A stretch of DNA of 64,000 bases from Eledone cirrhosa. Taxonomy: Eukaryota. Positions within the stretch are counted from its first letter, which is position 1. The number at the start of each line of letters is the position of its first letter. The notes below the pieces were generated by a model that was given only the letters and a program-made list of their open reading frames with translations, was not told the DNA's origin and ran no database searches. The translations under genes and the position numbers were made by a program. The stretch lies in NCBI GenBank assembly GCA_964016885.1, contig OZ024741.1, forward strand, positions 93,372,001 to 93,436,000, in the 5' to 3' direction. This document shows positions 51,297 to 63,330 of this stretch, one piece after another.

Positions 51297-51985
51297 CAAA
51301 AGGGCAACAATGGTTGCTGATGGTTGCCGAACACTGTACTGCTTAATTCGGGCTGTTTGTTTGTTTACAAACAAGCCGAACATTATAATAAATGTTCGGT
51401 AAACCCATACGTACATATATATATGTCTGCATGTATGTATATATATACATACTACTGTACGTCTATATCCATATATGTATGTACGTATGCATACTTATAT
51501 TTAAGTATCAGCCGTTCTAAGAGTGAGAAATGAAATTTCATTTCATTTTTTTCCATTTATTGTTTTCGGTATGCCCGGCCAACTAACTCACTCGATATGC
51601 AAATTAGGCTGCTCAGTCGTTAATATGCATAAGGAAAGTATATACTTTCAAACGTTCAATCATTTGACAGGAAGGTATTCGATGCTGACGATAGCTAATA
51701 AGCTTGAAACTAGTTCATTGTTCCTTTGTCAGTGTTGAACAAAAGGGCAACGATGGTTGCTAGACACTGTACGGCTTAATTCGGGATGTTTGTTTACAAA
51801 CAAACCAAGCATTATAATAAATGTTCGGTAAATCCATACGTACATATATATATGTGTGCCTGTATGTATATATATACATACTACTATATGTCTGTATACA
51901 TATATGTATGTACGTATACATACTTACATTTAAGTATCAGCCGTACTAAGAGTGAGAAATGAAATTTTGTTTCATTCTTTTCCAT
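51297..51985 (+). mobile_element. Terminally redundant non-coding element (443-bp period) with hammerhead; Penelope-pLTR/retrozyme-like
   Basis: Direct repeats 51297-51556 and 51740-51985; hammerhead between them; ends in (TA)n. Confidence 0.7.
51680..51720 (+). ncRNA. Minimal type I hammerhead ribozyme
   Basis: CGATG-CTGACGA-t-AGCT-aata-AGCT-t-GAAA-CTAG-TT-CATTG: 5-bp stem I, palindromic ACTAGT stem III, GUU triplet. Confidence 0.7.
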
Positions 51986-52003
51986 ATATATATATATATA
52001 TAT

Positions 52004-52440
52004 ATATTTAATATAGGAAAGCTTTTACAGGACTAGAACTGTTTCCAAGTAACATGGTGGTATTTATATCTTTTCTGGTGGTAGGAGAGGGCGGTGACTA
52101 GGATGGGTGGAGGTTATTGATTGATGGATTTAAAGCAAGGGGAATTCTTTAAAAGCTAATTCTTTGCCTTTGTTACTTTAAATATAGCTTTTAAAGAATT
52201 CCCTTTTCTTTAAACCCATCAACCAATGGCCTCCACCGATCCTAGTCACCACCTTCTCCTACCACCAGAAAAGATATAAATACCACCATATTACTTGGAC
52301 AGTTAGCTTCCTGATGATTTCTCATGAATGAAACAGTTCTAGTCCTGTAGAAGCTTTCCTATATTAAATATTTATACCCTGCTTTGTATTGAGTACCTTA
52401 CTTACTGTGGTTACCCCCGATTGAACCCGGGATAAACTTA
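52004..52440 (+). mobile_element. Penelope-type terminal repeat with inverted 5' copy, within (TA)n
   Basis: Arms 52004-52158 and 52185-52371 are reverse complements with a 26-nt spacer; hammerhead in the right arm. Confidence 0.75.
52305..52355 (+). ncRNA. Type I hammerhead ribozyme
   Basis: AGCTTC-CTGATGA-t-TTC-tcat-GAA-t-GAAA-CAG-ttctagtc-CTG-TA-GAAGCT; perfect 6-bp stem I, GUA triplet ending 52349. Confidence 0.75.
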
Positions 52441-52668
52441 TATATATATATATATATATAGGGAGCAGCGGCTGTTAGGGCAAGACGTGTTTTCTCGGGC
52501 TCTGCTAGAGTCAGCAGCAACACACAACCACGTGTTGCTACACACACACAAGAGGAAAGAGAAAATTTATGAGACCAATAGAGATATGTACATTTATATT
52601 TATATCTAGATATTGCTATTATCATTTACAGTCCCTCTGTGTTTAATGTATGTTCATTAGTATATGTG

Positions 52669-52974
52669 TTGTTATTTCTGCTTACATTTTACATATATAC
52701 ATATATATATCTATATATATGCTTGCGTGGACCCCTCTAAAAAATTCGTTGGATTTTCTAATTGGATACCCTAACACTGGATACCAACACTGAATACACC
52801 TGAACTTCTACCAGGAAATCTTTTGTTGTTATTTCTGCTTGCATTTTACATATATACATATATATATCAATACTTGCATGGACTCCTCTTAAAGATTCGT
52901 TGGATTTTCTAATTGGATACCCCGAAACTGGATACCAATCACTGAATACACCTGAACTTCTACCAGGAAATCTT
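52669..52974 (+). repeat. 157-bp tandem duplication
   Basis: TTGTTATTTCTGCTT...CCAGGAAATCTT starting at 52669 and 52826. Confidence 0.85.
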
Positions 52975-53295
52975 CCGTATCAGTGAAAATTCTTTTCTTT
53001 GCTTCATATATATATATTATATATACTTGTCCACCATTGTAAAAGGCCATAAATTCAAAAATTTTGAAGAGAGAGGAAAAGAGAGTAGAGATCTATGAAC
53101 TTGTACATCTCACTGACCCCCCGCCACCACAATAACAATAACGCCTACACTCGCTCCCCACCATCACCACATTACTCTAAGGTCGCTGTCCTGTCCCCTG
53201 TTGACATACTGCTGACTCTCTTTTGATGTAAATATGTGTATATACATATGTGTATGTGTGTATATAGGTATATCTCAGTGGATACGACCAGATTT

Positions 53296-53650
53296 CAACA
53301 CAGCAACAACTACAACAACAACAGCAACACCAACAACAACAACAACAGCAACAACATCATCGTCTGTGTTGAATGTGTGTGTATGTGTGTATTTGTATGT
53401 ATGCGACAGCAATAACAGCATCAACAGCAGCAGTGAAATGAAGAAGAACAACAACAGCAACAACGACAACAACTACAATAACAACTACAGCACCAACAAC
53501 TGCCACCACCATCACTGACCATCCACCACCACCACGCTGATACCATCCACCACCACCACACTGACACCATCCACCACCACCACACTGACACCATCCACCA
53601 CCATTCACCACCACACTGACACCATCCACCACCATTCACCACCATCACCG
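53296..53650 (+). repeat. (CAA)n/(CAC)n low-complexity tract and 24-bp minisatellite
   Basis: CCATCCACCACCACCACACTGACA units at about 53513-53645. Confidence 0.85.
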
Positions 53651-53959
53651 CCATTACCAGCGTAAAGCAAACAATTATTATTGTTATTATTATTATATAC
53701 AAGCTGAACTGGACTGGGAAAGGTCAACAGTTGACATGATATTGATTTTGACTTTGACGATTTTGATTTTGTGTCAGTACTGTCGGTAATATATGTATAT
53801 ATGTGTGTGTTTGTGAGTGGTGTGTGTGATTGTATGCATGAATGAGTGTTGGTATGTGTGGCATGTGTGTGGTTGTGGTTTGTATGCATGAGTATTGGTG
53901 TGTGAGTGTTTGTGTGTGCGTCGTGTCAATAAGTTTTTTTTTTTTTTTTTTTTTTTTAA

Positions 53960-56900
53960 TGACCATGCTGTAAAATGCAGGGGTAGAGAGGGCCCTTGAG
54001 TCTAGTAAGACATCCTCTCTATGCTGGTGGCACAAATAAAAGCACCCAGTCCATGCTGTAAAGTGGCGCTGGTGTTAGGAAGGGCATCCAACCAGTGTAT
54101 CAATGCCAAAGCGCTTATCAGCACAGCAACAAAACAGCATAGGAACAACAACAAAATATGAAGACGTCGCATCTCAGAGTTGCAACACTTAATGTTGGCA
54201 CTCTCAGAGGTAGATCTGCTGAAATAGCAGAGATGCTGGAGAGAAGGCAGGTGGATGTGTGCTGCGTGCAAGAGGTGAGATGGAGAGGTGCCTCTGCGAG
54301 ACTAGTCGTAGGCAAGCGTCTTAGCTATAAGCTATTCTGGGTAGGTAAGGATGATGGGTTAGGGGGAGTAGGCATTTTCCTGGCTGAGAAATGGATCAAT
54401 AAGACAATAGAGGTAGTTCGAGTTAGTAATCGAATAATTAAGCTTAGATTAGTTGTAGGTAGGAGACTACTGACAATCATCTCGGTCTATGCTCCCCAAG
54501 CAGGCCTAGGCAAAGATGAGAAAGACTGCTTTTATGAGCAACTTTTGCAAACAACCACAATGACAGAGGACGGAGACATCGTTATGCTAGCAGGAGACTT
54601 CAATGGTCATGTTGGACAGCTCCAGGATGGTTACACTGGGGTACATGGTGGGCACGGTTACGGTTCAAGAAATGAAGAAGGAGTGAGACTTCTTGAATTT
54701 TGTGATGTAGGTACATTGACTATTTGCAACACAAACTTCCAGAAACCTGCCAATCACCTAATAACCTACAAATCTGGTGAGCACATAAGCCAGATTGACT
54801 TCCTGCTAGTTAGGCAGCGGGACAGGCAGATAGTGTCTAATACCAAGGCATACCCTGGGGAAGAATGTACCCCACAGCATAGGTTAGTTGTTAGTGATAT
54901 CTCAGTAAGCAAGAGATGGAATGAGACATATAAGAAGGTATGGAGAAGAAAGGTTTGGAAGCTAAAAGAGCTTTCACTAAAATACAAATTTAGGAAAGCC
55001 CTTCAAGATGTATATGACGAAAAAGAAGACGATTTAGAGACGTATGACATAGATAATAACTGGAAGTTCTTACGTGACAACTTGCTGCAGGCTACTGATG
55101 AAACCTGTGGCTGGAGCAGAGCTCCAACCAGACAGAGAGTGACCTGGTGGTGGAACAGCACAGTAGATAAGGCTATTAGAGACAAAAGACTAGCATGGAA
55201 GGCTTGGAAAAAGGGTGGGAGTAGGGAAGAATATACAGCCACTAAGAGAGAAGCTAGACGTCAGGTGTACTTAGCACGCAGGGAGGCAGAGAGTAGGAGG
55301 TTTGCCAATGTTCTGCGACGGAAAGATCAGAAGCGTGCGGTGTTCCACATTGCAAGGCAGTGTGTCAATGCAAATCAGGATGTTGTTGGAGATAAATGTG
55401 TCCGGGATGATGCCGGTGTACTTAGTGTCACGAATGACCAGAAAAAGGAGGCCTGGAAATGTCATTATGAGAGACTGATGAATGTGGAGAACGAATGGGA
55501 GAGAGAGAAATTACCCTTGGTAGATCCGACAGAGGGACCAGCTATTGAGATTGACAAATATAGGGTCCAAGAGGCGATTAGGGAAATGAAAAATGGTAAG
55601 GCGGCCGGACCATCGGGAATAGTTGCTGAGATGCTAAAGGCATCAGGGGACGTAGGCACTAAACTGGTTGCACGCATCATCAATCAGGCTATATATGGTG
55701 GTGTCATACCCAAAGACTGGTGCAGCAGTATTCTCATAAATTGCTACAAAGGTAAAGGGGATGCTTTGGAGAGGAGCAATTATAGGGGTATAAAACTGAT
55801 AGATCAGGTTATGAAAGTGGCAGAAAGGATTTTAGCACAACTAATTAGAGAAAGGGTCAAACTAGATGAGATGCAGTTTGGTTTTGTGCCTGGCAAGAGT
55901 ACAACAGATGCCCTCTTCTTGGTGAGACAAATGCAAGAGAGGTTCTTAGAGAAGAATAAGCCACTATACTTAGCCTTTATTGACCTAGAGAAGGCCTTTG
56001 ATAGGGTACCCCGATCTGTCATCTGGTGGTCCCTAAGGAAGCTAGGTGTTGAGGAATGGCTTGTGAGGACAGTGCAAACTTTGTACAGAGGTACTCTCAG
56101 TAAAGTCAGGGTAGGAATGGAGTTTAGTGAGGAATTCCAGATACAAGTAGGAGTACATCAGGGTTCGGTCCTCAGCCCGCTCTTGTTCATTATAGTCCTC
56201 CAAGCCATAACAGAGGAGTTTAAGACTGGCTGTCCATGGGAACTTCTCTATGCTGACGATCTGGCTCTTATAGCAGAATCAGTAGAGGAGCTAGAGAATA
56301 AATTCCGACTATGGAAACAGCAGTTGGAAGCAAGAGGACTGAGAGTAAATCTAGCTAAGACAAAAGTGTTGATGAGTAGAAAAGAGGACAAAACCCTGAT
56401 TCCGTCAGGGAAATGGCCATGTTTGATATGCAGAAAAGGAACTGGCATAAATTCTATAAAATGCACACAATGCAGGTCCTGGGTACACAAGAGATGTAGC
56501 GAGATAGCAGGCAAACTAACAGGTAGGGAGAAATATGTATGCAGTAGATGTACAGGGAAATTAGACAGTAGAAGTCGCACTGATAGACACATTTTTCAAA
56601 TGCGAGAGGGCGCTATAGAAGTGGTGGATAGCTTCCGGTACCTAGGAGATCAGATTAGCATGGGAGGAGGGTGTTCCGAGGCCATAGTATCTAGAATAAG
56701 GACGGGTTGGAAGAAGTTTAGGGAGCTGCTTCCTCTGTTGACGAAGAAGGGTTTCTCCCTGCGTACGAAAGGCCGGTTGTATGATGCCTGTGTGAGGAGC
56801 TTGATGCTGCATGGTAGTGAGACATGGGCAGCAACCGCAGAGGATATGTGACGGCTGGAGAGAAATGAGGCAAGCATGCTCCGTTGGATGTGCAGTGTAA

Positions 56901-57253
56901 ATGTGCGTGAACGACCCAGCATAAATGTGTTGAGAGAGAAACTGTGTCTGAGAGGGATAGAATGTAGTGTACGGGAGAGGAGACTGAGGTGGTATGGACA
57001 TGTGATGCGCATGGAGGATGACCGATGGGTGAAGAAGTGCCAGGAAATGCCAGTTGAAGGAAGACGTGGTAGAGGTAGACCACGAAAAACATGGGCGGAG
57101 GTGGTGAGAACAGACCTCAGATCATTGAAGCTCACGGTGGAGATGACGAGGGACCGTGACGAGTGGAGAGATGCTGTGCTGAATAAGACCCGTCCCACCC
57201 TTGCAAGCAGGGAAAAGCGGATGTAAAATGATGATGATGATGATGATGATGAT
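53960..57253 (+). mobile_element. Apparently full-length RTE (BovB-like) LINE, copy C
   Basis: About 200 bp of 5' UTR, single ORF, very short 3' UTR, (ATG)n tail at 57228-57253. Confidence 0.93.
54158..57226 (+). pseudogene. RTE ORF (APE-RT-PHD), one premature TGA at 56849-56851
   Basis: The 897-aa ORF and ORF 56876-57226 share a frame. DM*RLERNEA aligns to DLRRLERNEA of copy B, consistent with CGA to TGA. Confidence 0.93.
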
Positions 57254-57741
57254 ATATACATACACATATATACATATATTGATGTTAATGTTGGGGTGTA
57301 GATTTATAGGTATAAAAATAATAAACATTTACATACACGTTGCAAAGTCATGTTTATAATATGTATATTAGCTGATTGATACTCAAGTTTTGCTGAAGTA
57401 AGCAGCTAAAGAATGAACTGTTGACTTCAGCAAAACCCAAGTATCACTGAACCAAGATACATATTGTATATAGATACCTAGTGTTGGTGATCTACATGTA
57501 TAATTCATCATGCATACTGTATAAAGTAGTTGGTCATAGGAAAGGCACCCAGCCATAGCAAACCTGCCAATGATAATGTCAGGAAGACTCTTCAGCTATG
57601 TCAAGGACATAACAATTTCCCTAGTATTAGTACCACAATAAAATGCAATCAGAGTGGGGGATCATATGTTGGGATGGTGGACCACCTGGAGGCCAGAGGC
57701 TCCACTCAAGTAACGACCAGTCTGTGACAACACATCCAACC

Positions 57742-60559
57742 TGTAGTGACCTACATTCTGCGGGCTCACATACATTCTCTGTGCATGATTTGGCTCAGTT
57801 CAGTCAATCAGCGCCAGTAGAAGAGGATGTATCCCTACGCGCCCTGAGGAAGAAATTCCCCGCGAAGATTTGAAGAATCACTCTCTTGTACCAGGAACTT
57901 CGAACCAGCAACACGCATAATGTAACGGTGAGATTTGCACCCTAGCCTCGCCGGCTTTCCGGCGCAATGGCACATTCCCTTTTGTAACCTCTTTTTATCT
58001 GTAACTTCAACCATATAAGTTAACAAACATTGTTTGTGCTACATCAAAAATAAACATACATTTCATCTCTAATTTCTGCTGTTGAAATCATTATTATGTT
58101 AATCGTGTCTCAATAGCATCTATAATCCATGCTGCTGGAATTGGCAACCTGACGAAAGGAATATTGTAAATGCAAAGATGGTAAATAGATCGAGGGACCT
58201 TCCCTCACGTCTATGTCGACAAGACAATCCAAAGAGGAAACTATCATTTTACCACTCTGGCGACCACACTGTCAACTCACGACTTCATTCAAACTACAAC
58301 CCTGCTAAAGTGGTGACCGACGTAAGAATTTAACGCAGCCTCCTTTTTTATTCAGTTGAACTTTTATTGCCGCGTTGCCGGCTTTTTCGCAACTTGCGAA
58401 AATACAATATATTCCTTTCAAAATTTTTTTTAAAAATTAGCAGTATTTCAAAAATTTTTCGCCACGAGGGAATTACAAAATGGCTACCTACAAGTCCTGG
58501 CTACACTCGACAACAACAACGACAGCAGCAGCAGCAGCAGCAGCGACAGCATTGTTTAGCCACTGACCAAAACAGGGAATAGTGAGTGGCAGCTTCATAG
58601 CCTTACCGACGCAAACCACCACACATCGGAAATTTCAAAACGGCTTGTAACTTTACCGATGCAACCACCATACCTTCTGTCTCGTTACCACAGGGACTCG
58701 AGAAATTGAGACAGTAGTTTTCTCACCATTATGGCGTCAGACGTGGCTGCCATATTGGACTCTGGGTTCTTCAACGCTTGACTGCTACTCTACAGAAGAT
58801 TCATTGACTTTGCTTTAACAACAAGCAACACAACCTTTCGTCACACAAGGTGGTAGTACGGTAAAATGGCCACAAAAACTCTCCAAAACACCATACATCT
58901 AACCCCTAACGGCATTAACAAACTTCTTTTTCAGTTTTCGGATAGAACTAGTGTCAGAAAGTCTGTACACTGGTGACGTGTGAACTATTTGACTTTGAAA
59001 AACTTCGAACTTTTCATTGAGCAATTTCTCTGCTCCCTCAGATTGACTTTGAATTATCAGTTTGTTACATTCACATATTTCTTTGTGGAATGCATTTACT
59101 TGTTTTGTGCTCTTTTGCTATTTGCTTGCTGATGGTTTTTGTTCATTCACATACTTTGCTGTTTTACATGCCTGCATATGCACACATTTTTTTGTCACAT
59201 ACCAACATCATGTTCTTGGTATATGTTCTTCAAACATAATATTCTGCGAGTCCCTTATCACCTGGTTGAGGTGCTGTCACATGCTAGCAGCTCACAGAGC
59301 TTAATCCACTGGATTCAAACGGGCACCGCAACACGAGAATACTAATTGCAGCTGAACTCAAACAGTTTTGCATCTCGTAGCACACTGATCGTCCATGACG
59401 GCCTTCGTCTTGCTGTTTTTGCCCGACTCGCTGGGAAAACAGCAAATAGAACTGGACTTGTCAGCATTTCGGCCACTTCTGTGGATTCGCCCGAATTATG
59501 GAATTTACACTGCAACCCACCTACAGATTAAACTTGCTTTTTTTTTCTTTTCAAAGCAACCAGCCATTTTTTCCTGGCTCCCTAGCACATTCGGCAATAC
59601 ATCTGGGAGGCCAACATTTTCTCGCCTACCCATCATCTTCTTGCCAGCACTGGTAAACTACCATAATAGCTTCGTCTACGGCTACTGGTACAGCACTTAC
59701 CATTAACATTAAATGCAAGAACAGCAACTTCGCCCATGTCAGACTTTATCCGTTTTTGTTAGACCTTTACTGGTCACGTATAAACAACAAAACAGCTGGT
59801 CATTTGACACAGCGGCTCAACACGGCCCGTAGCGCCTCATTTTTTTTCTTGCATGCAGCCTTCTGCTCAATTATTTTTTCACTGATGTGCTCTTTCAGCA
59901 TTTTTTCTTGCTGATTCAATAATCTGTATCGACTTCCTTGTGGGTCCTTGGCTTCTTCGTTTACGATTTTCGGCTAAAAATCTGCTCGGAGGTATTGTAG
60001 TGACCTACATTCCGCGGGCTCACATACATTCTCTGTGCGTGATTTGGCTCAGTTCAGCCAATCAGCGCCAGTAGAAGAGGATGTATCCCTACGCGCCCTG
60101 AGGAAGAAATTCCCCGCGAAGATTTGAAGAATCACTCTCTTGTACCAGGAACTTCGAACCAGCAACACGCATAATGTAACGGTGAGATTTGCACCCTAGC
60201 CTCGCCGGCTTTCCGGCGCAATGGCACATTCCCTTTTGTAACCTCTTTTTATCTGTAACTTCAACCATATAAGTTAACAAACATTGTTTGTGCTACATCA
60301 AAAATAAACATACATTTCATCTCTAATTTCTGCTGTTGAAATCATTATTATGTTAATCGTGTCTCAATAGCATCTATAATCCATGCTGCTGGAATTGGCA
60401 ACCTGACGAAAGGAATATTGTAAATGCAAAGATGGTAAATAGGTCGAGGGACCTTCCCTCACGTCTATGTCGACAAGACAATCCAAAGAGGAAACTATCA
60501 TTTTACCACTCTGGCGACCACACTGTCAACTCACGACTTTATTCATCAACCCTGCTAAA
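57742..60559 (+). mobile_element. Non-autonomous LTR retroelement (about 565-bp LTRs, 1.7-kb internal region)
   Basis: Near-identical direct repeats 57742-58309 and 59996-60559 starting TGTAG; TSD AACC; PBS-like TGGTGACCGACGT at 58311 (tRNA-Trp-like); splits an RTE-type tail CATCCAACC|CTTGTTAGCAGGG. Confidence 0.9.
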
Positions 60560-60653
60560 AACCCTTGTTAGCAGGGCAAATGAATGTTATATGATCATAA
60601 TGATCATCACACACACACAACACAGAAATCTCAATAATTTTGTTCATACTTAC

Positions 60654-60782
60654 GGACTGTTTCCACTTGATTATTCAATGATTCTGCAGCACCATGGAAC
60701 TCCAAGAAAAGAGTTGGTGCCACTGTTAGAGAGAGTTTACTGAATTTGTTGCAAGCATCAACCATAACATCATCCATGAATT
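60654..60782 (-). CDS. LDHD: LDHD exon
   Basis: tttctttctacatag|[45 protein letters not shown]|gtaagt; 129 nt, phase 1 to 1; PTLFLEFHG motif. Confidence 0.95.
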
Positions 60783-61733
60783 CTATGTAGAAAGAAATGA
60801 AATTGAAGCAATACACAGGTTTTCTTTGCATTTAACTTCAATTACAATCTTAATTTCCAATTATTATTTTACTCTTTTACTTATTTCAGTCATTAGATTA
60901 AACTGCAACCATGCTGGGGTACCAAGTGGAGGGGATTTAGTTGATTATATCAACTTATTTCATCAATCACTTTTTATCAAAACACTAAGTATTTTTCTTG
61001 GTATAAAGCCAAAACTGCATCTCATCAAAATTAATTGTTAGTTTTGCTATCACTCTGATCTAGCAATTTGATGCTCTGTAATTTCTTCTCTCTAGTGCAC
61101 CTTCTTTGCCCTTGTAGCAAATAACAATAATGCTTCCACACCTGTCATTGGGTATGAAACCTTCCTTGTTTATTACAAAAGTGACTAGCCCATGTTGTCT
61201 TGGTTTTCTCTTGTACACTGTCTTTCAATCTGGAAAGATCTCTCACCTCTGATCCTCACACCACAGAACATTGACAAACCCCTTACTTCTTAATTTCTGC
61301 CTCCTCTTTTGTTATATAAACCTGATGTCTAGCTTCTCTCCTTGCAACTAGGCATTGTTCCCTCTCTCTTAGATTTTATGGCCCTGACTACAGTACTATG
61401 CCACCACTATCACACAGTTGTTATAATTGCAGAGGGCAATGGAAATAGAGTCAGTGATGAATGCTGTGAAGAAACACAGGCATGGTTGGGTTGTGTTGCA
61501 GAAGGATGAAAGTGACTGATTGATCGATTCCTTGTGTTTGTTCATGTGTATGTGTGTGTCAGTTTGTCTGCCTGTATATATCCCATAACTTACAAGTTGA
61601 CAAATAGTATTTGATAAAATAAGTATGAGGTTTGAAAAATATAAATACTGGGGTTGATATGATCAATTAAATCCTTTCAAGGTGAGGCCCCATCATGGTT
61701 GCAGTAAAGGAATAGTAATTTCTGGATACATAC

Positions 61734-61827
61734 CAATTCTTGCTATGGGAATACCACACTGTAAGGTCATCACTGTAGTGTCTACTGCAGCTTGTACAGT
61801 GGGAAAATGACAAACAGCCGAAATTGT
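61734..61827 (-). CDS. LDHD: LDHD exon (gene continues beyond the right edge)
   Basis: tttctcattacag|TISAVCHFPTVQAAVDTTVMTLQCGIPIARI-G|gtatgt; 94 nt, phase 0 to 1. Confidence 0.95.
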
Positions 61828-62424
61828 CTGTAATGAGAAATGAACTGGAATATACATATGTTGTATGATGGGAATATAACCAATTATGAATGAAGTGAAG
61901 AGAAAAGGCATGAGGCAGAAGGGTCTTGTGTTGAGGAAGGATAAAAGTGACAGGGTGAGAGAAATAGAGTCAGTGATGAATGTTGTGAAGACAAATGGAA
62001 TGAGATGGTTGGGTCATATGTTGAGGAAGGATGAAAGTGTGTCGAAATATGTGATGGAAATAGAGCCAGTGATAAATATTGTGAAAAGAAATGTAATGAA
62101 ATGGTTGAGTCATGTGTTGAGAAAAGATGAAAGTGACTGGGTGACAAGAATGATGGAAATTAATGTGAAAGGCAGTAGAGGGAGGGAAAGACTAAGAAAG
62201 TCATAGCTAAAGATGGAGGAAGAAATTAAAGCAAGGAAGTTGGTGAGTGGGGAGAAAAGCTTGTCATGGAGCTCACAGATTAACGCCTGCTTTAGCAAGG
62301 ATAAATGGTTATGAAACTCTTTTTGTTGCATACACATGAAGTGTATAAACAAAACACTTTCTTTTAATACTTCATGCTGGCTGAATGGCTTTATATTTAT
62401 TTATTAATATTGTTCTGCAAACTA

Positions 62425-63330
62425 TAATAGAAGAGTTTAAGACTGGCTACTCATGGGAACTTCTATATGCCAATGATCTAACCCTCATAACCAAATCTAA
62501 GGCAGAATTTCCAAATCTGGAAGCATAGCTTGGAAGCAAAAGGTCTTAAAGTCAACTTGACAAAGACTAAAGTCCTAGTAAGTAGAAAGGAAAACAAGGT
62601 CCAGATCTCTTCAGGAAAATAGCCTTATTCAGTGTACAGGAAAGGAGTGGGTAGAAATTCCATCCTGTGTCCAAATGCAAACTATGGGTACACAAGAGAG
62701 GCAAGTGGAGGCAAGCTAGCAAAGAATGTAGGTTTGATATGTGATTGATGCACATGAACAGTTAGCAGCAAGAGCTGACAGGAAAGAAGCTCTATTAAAT
62801 ACTCAGGGAGCTCCATAGAAGTGGCTGAAAGCTGCTATTACATGGGTGACCAAATTACCAGTAGAGGTGAGTGTTCTGAAAGTACAGTAGCCAGAGTAAG
62901 AATGGGATGGAAAAAGTTCAGGGAGCTACTACTGCTGCTACCTACAAAAGGTTTCTCTCTTAAAAGGAAAGGCAGATTGTATGATGCTTGTGTATGAACA
63001 ACGATGATGCATGGAAGTGAGACCTGGGCACTGTGTGCAAAGGACCTACAACGATTGGAAAGAAATGAAGTTTGCATGCTGCAATGGATGTATTATAGTA
63101 GTATGCATGAACAGCGAAGTGTCAATGAACTGAAAGAAAAACTGGGCATAAGTTAGGTCAGATGCAGTGGCATATACATGTGATGTGTATGGAGGATGAC
63201 AGCTGTATAAAAAGGTTCAAGGTGCTTAAAGTCAATGGAAACTAAGAAAGCTTGGGATGAAATGATAAAAGCTGAGCTTGTACAATTAAACCTCTCAAAG
63301 GATTGTGATCTCTGGCATTATGCACAGGAT
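62425..63330 (+). mobile_element. Degenerate RTE 3' half
   Basis: EEFKTGYSWELLYAND, GWKKFRELL, MMHGSETW with stops. Confidence 0.85.

Noticed and set aside
52475-52530. Further hammerhead on the minus strand (CTGCTGA...GAAAACACGTC)
   Set aside because: Core mutated and no stem I pairing; at best a relic.
53234-53889. Trp/Cys/Gly-rich or Thr/Asn-rich ORFs
   Set aside because: These are translations of microsatellites and a 24-bp minisatellite.
56849-56851. Selenocysteine or programmed readthrough at the RTE TGA
   Set aside because: It aligns to Arg in sister copies; CpG deamination is the simpler explanation.
32269-61827. LDHD as a horizontally acquired bacterial gene
   Set aside because: It has spliceosomal introns and closely resembles animal LDHD throughout.
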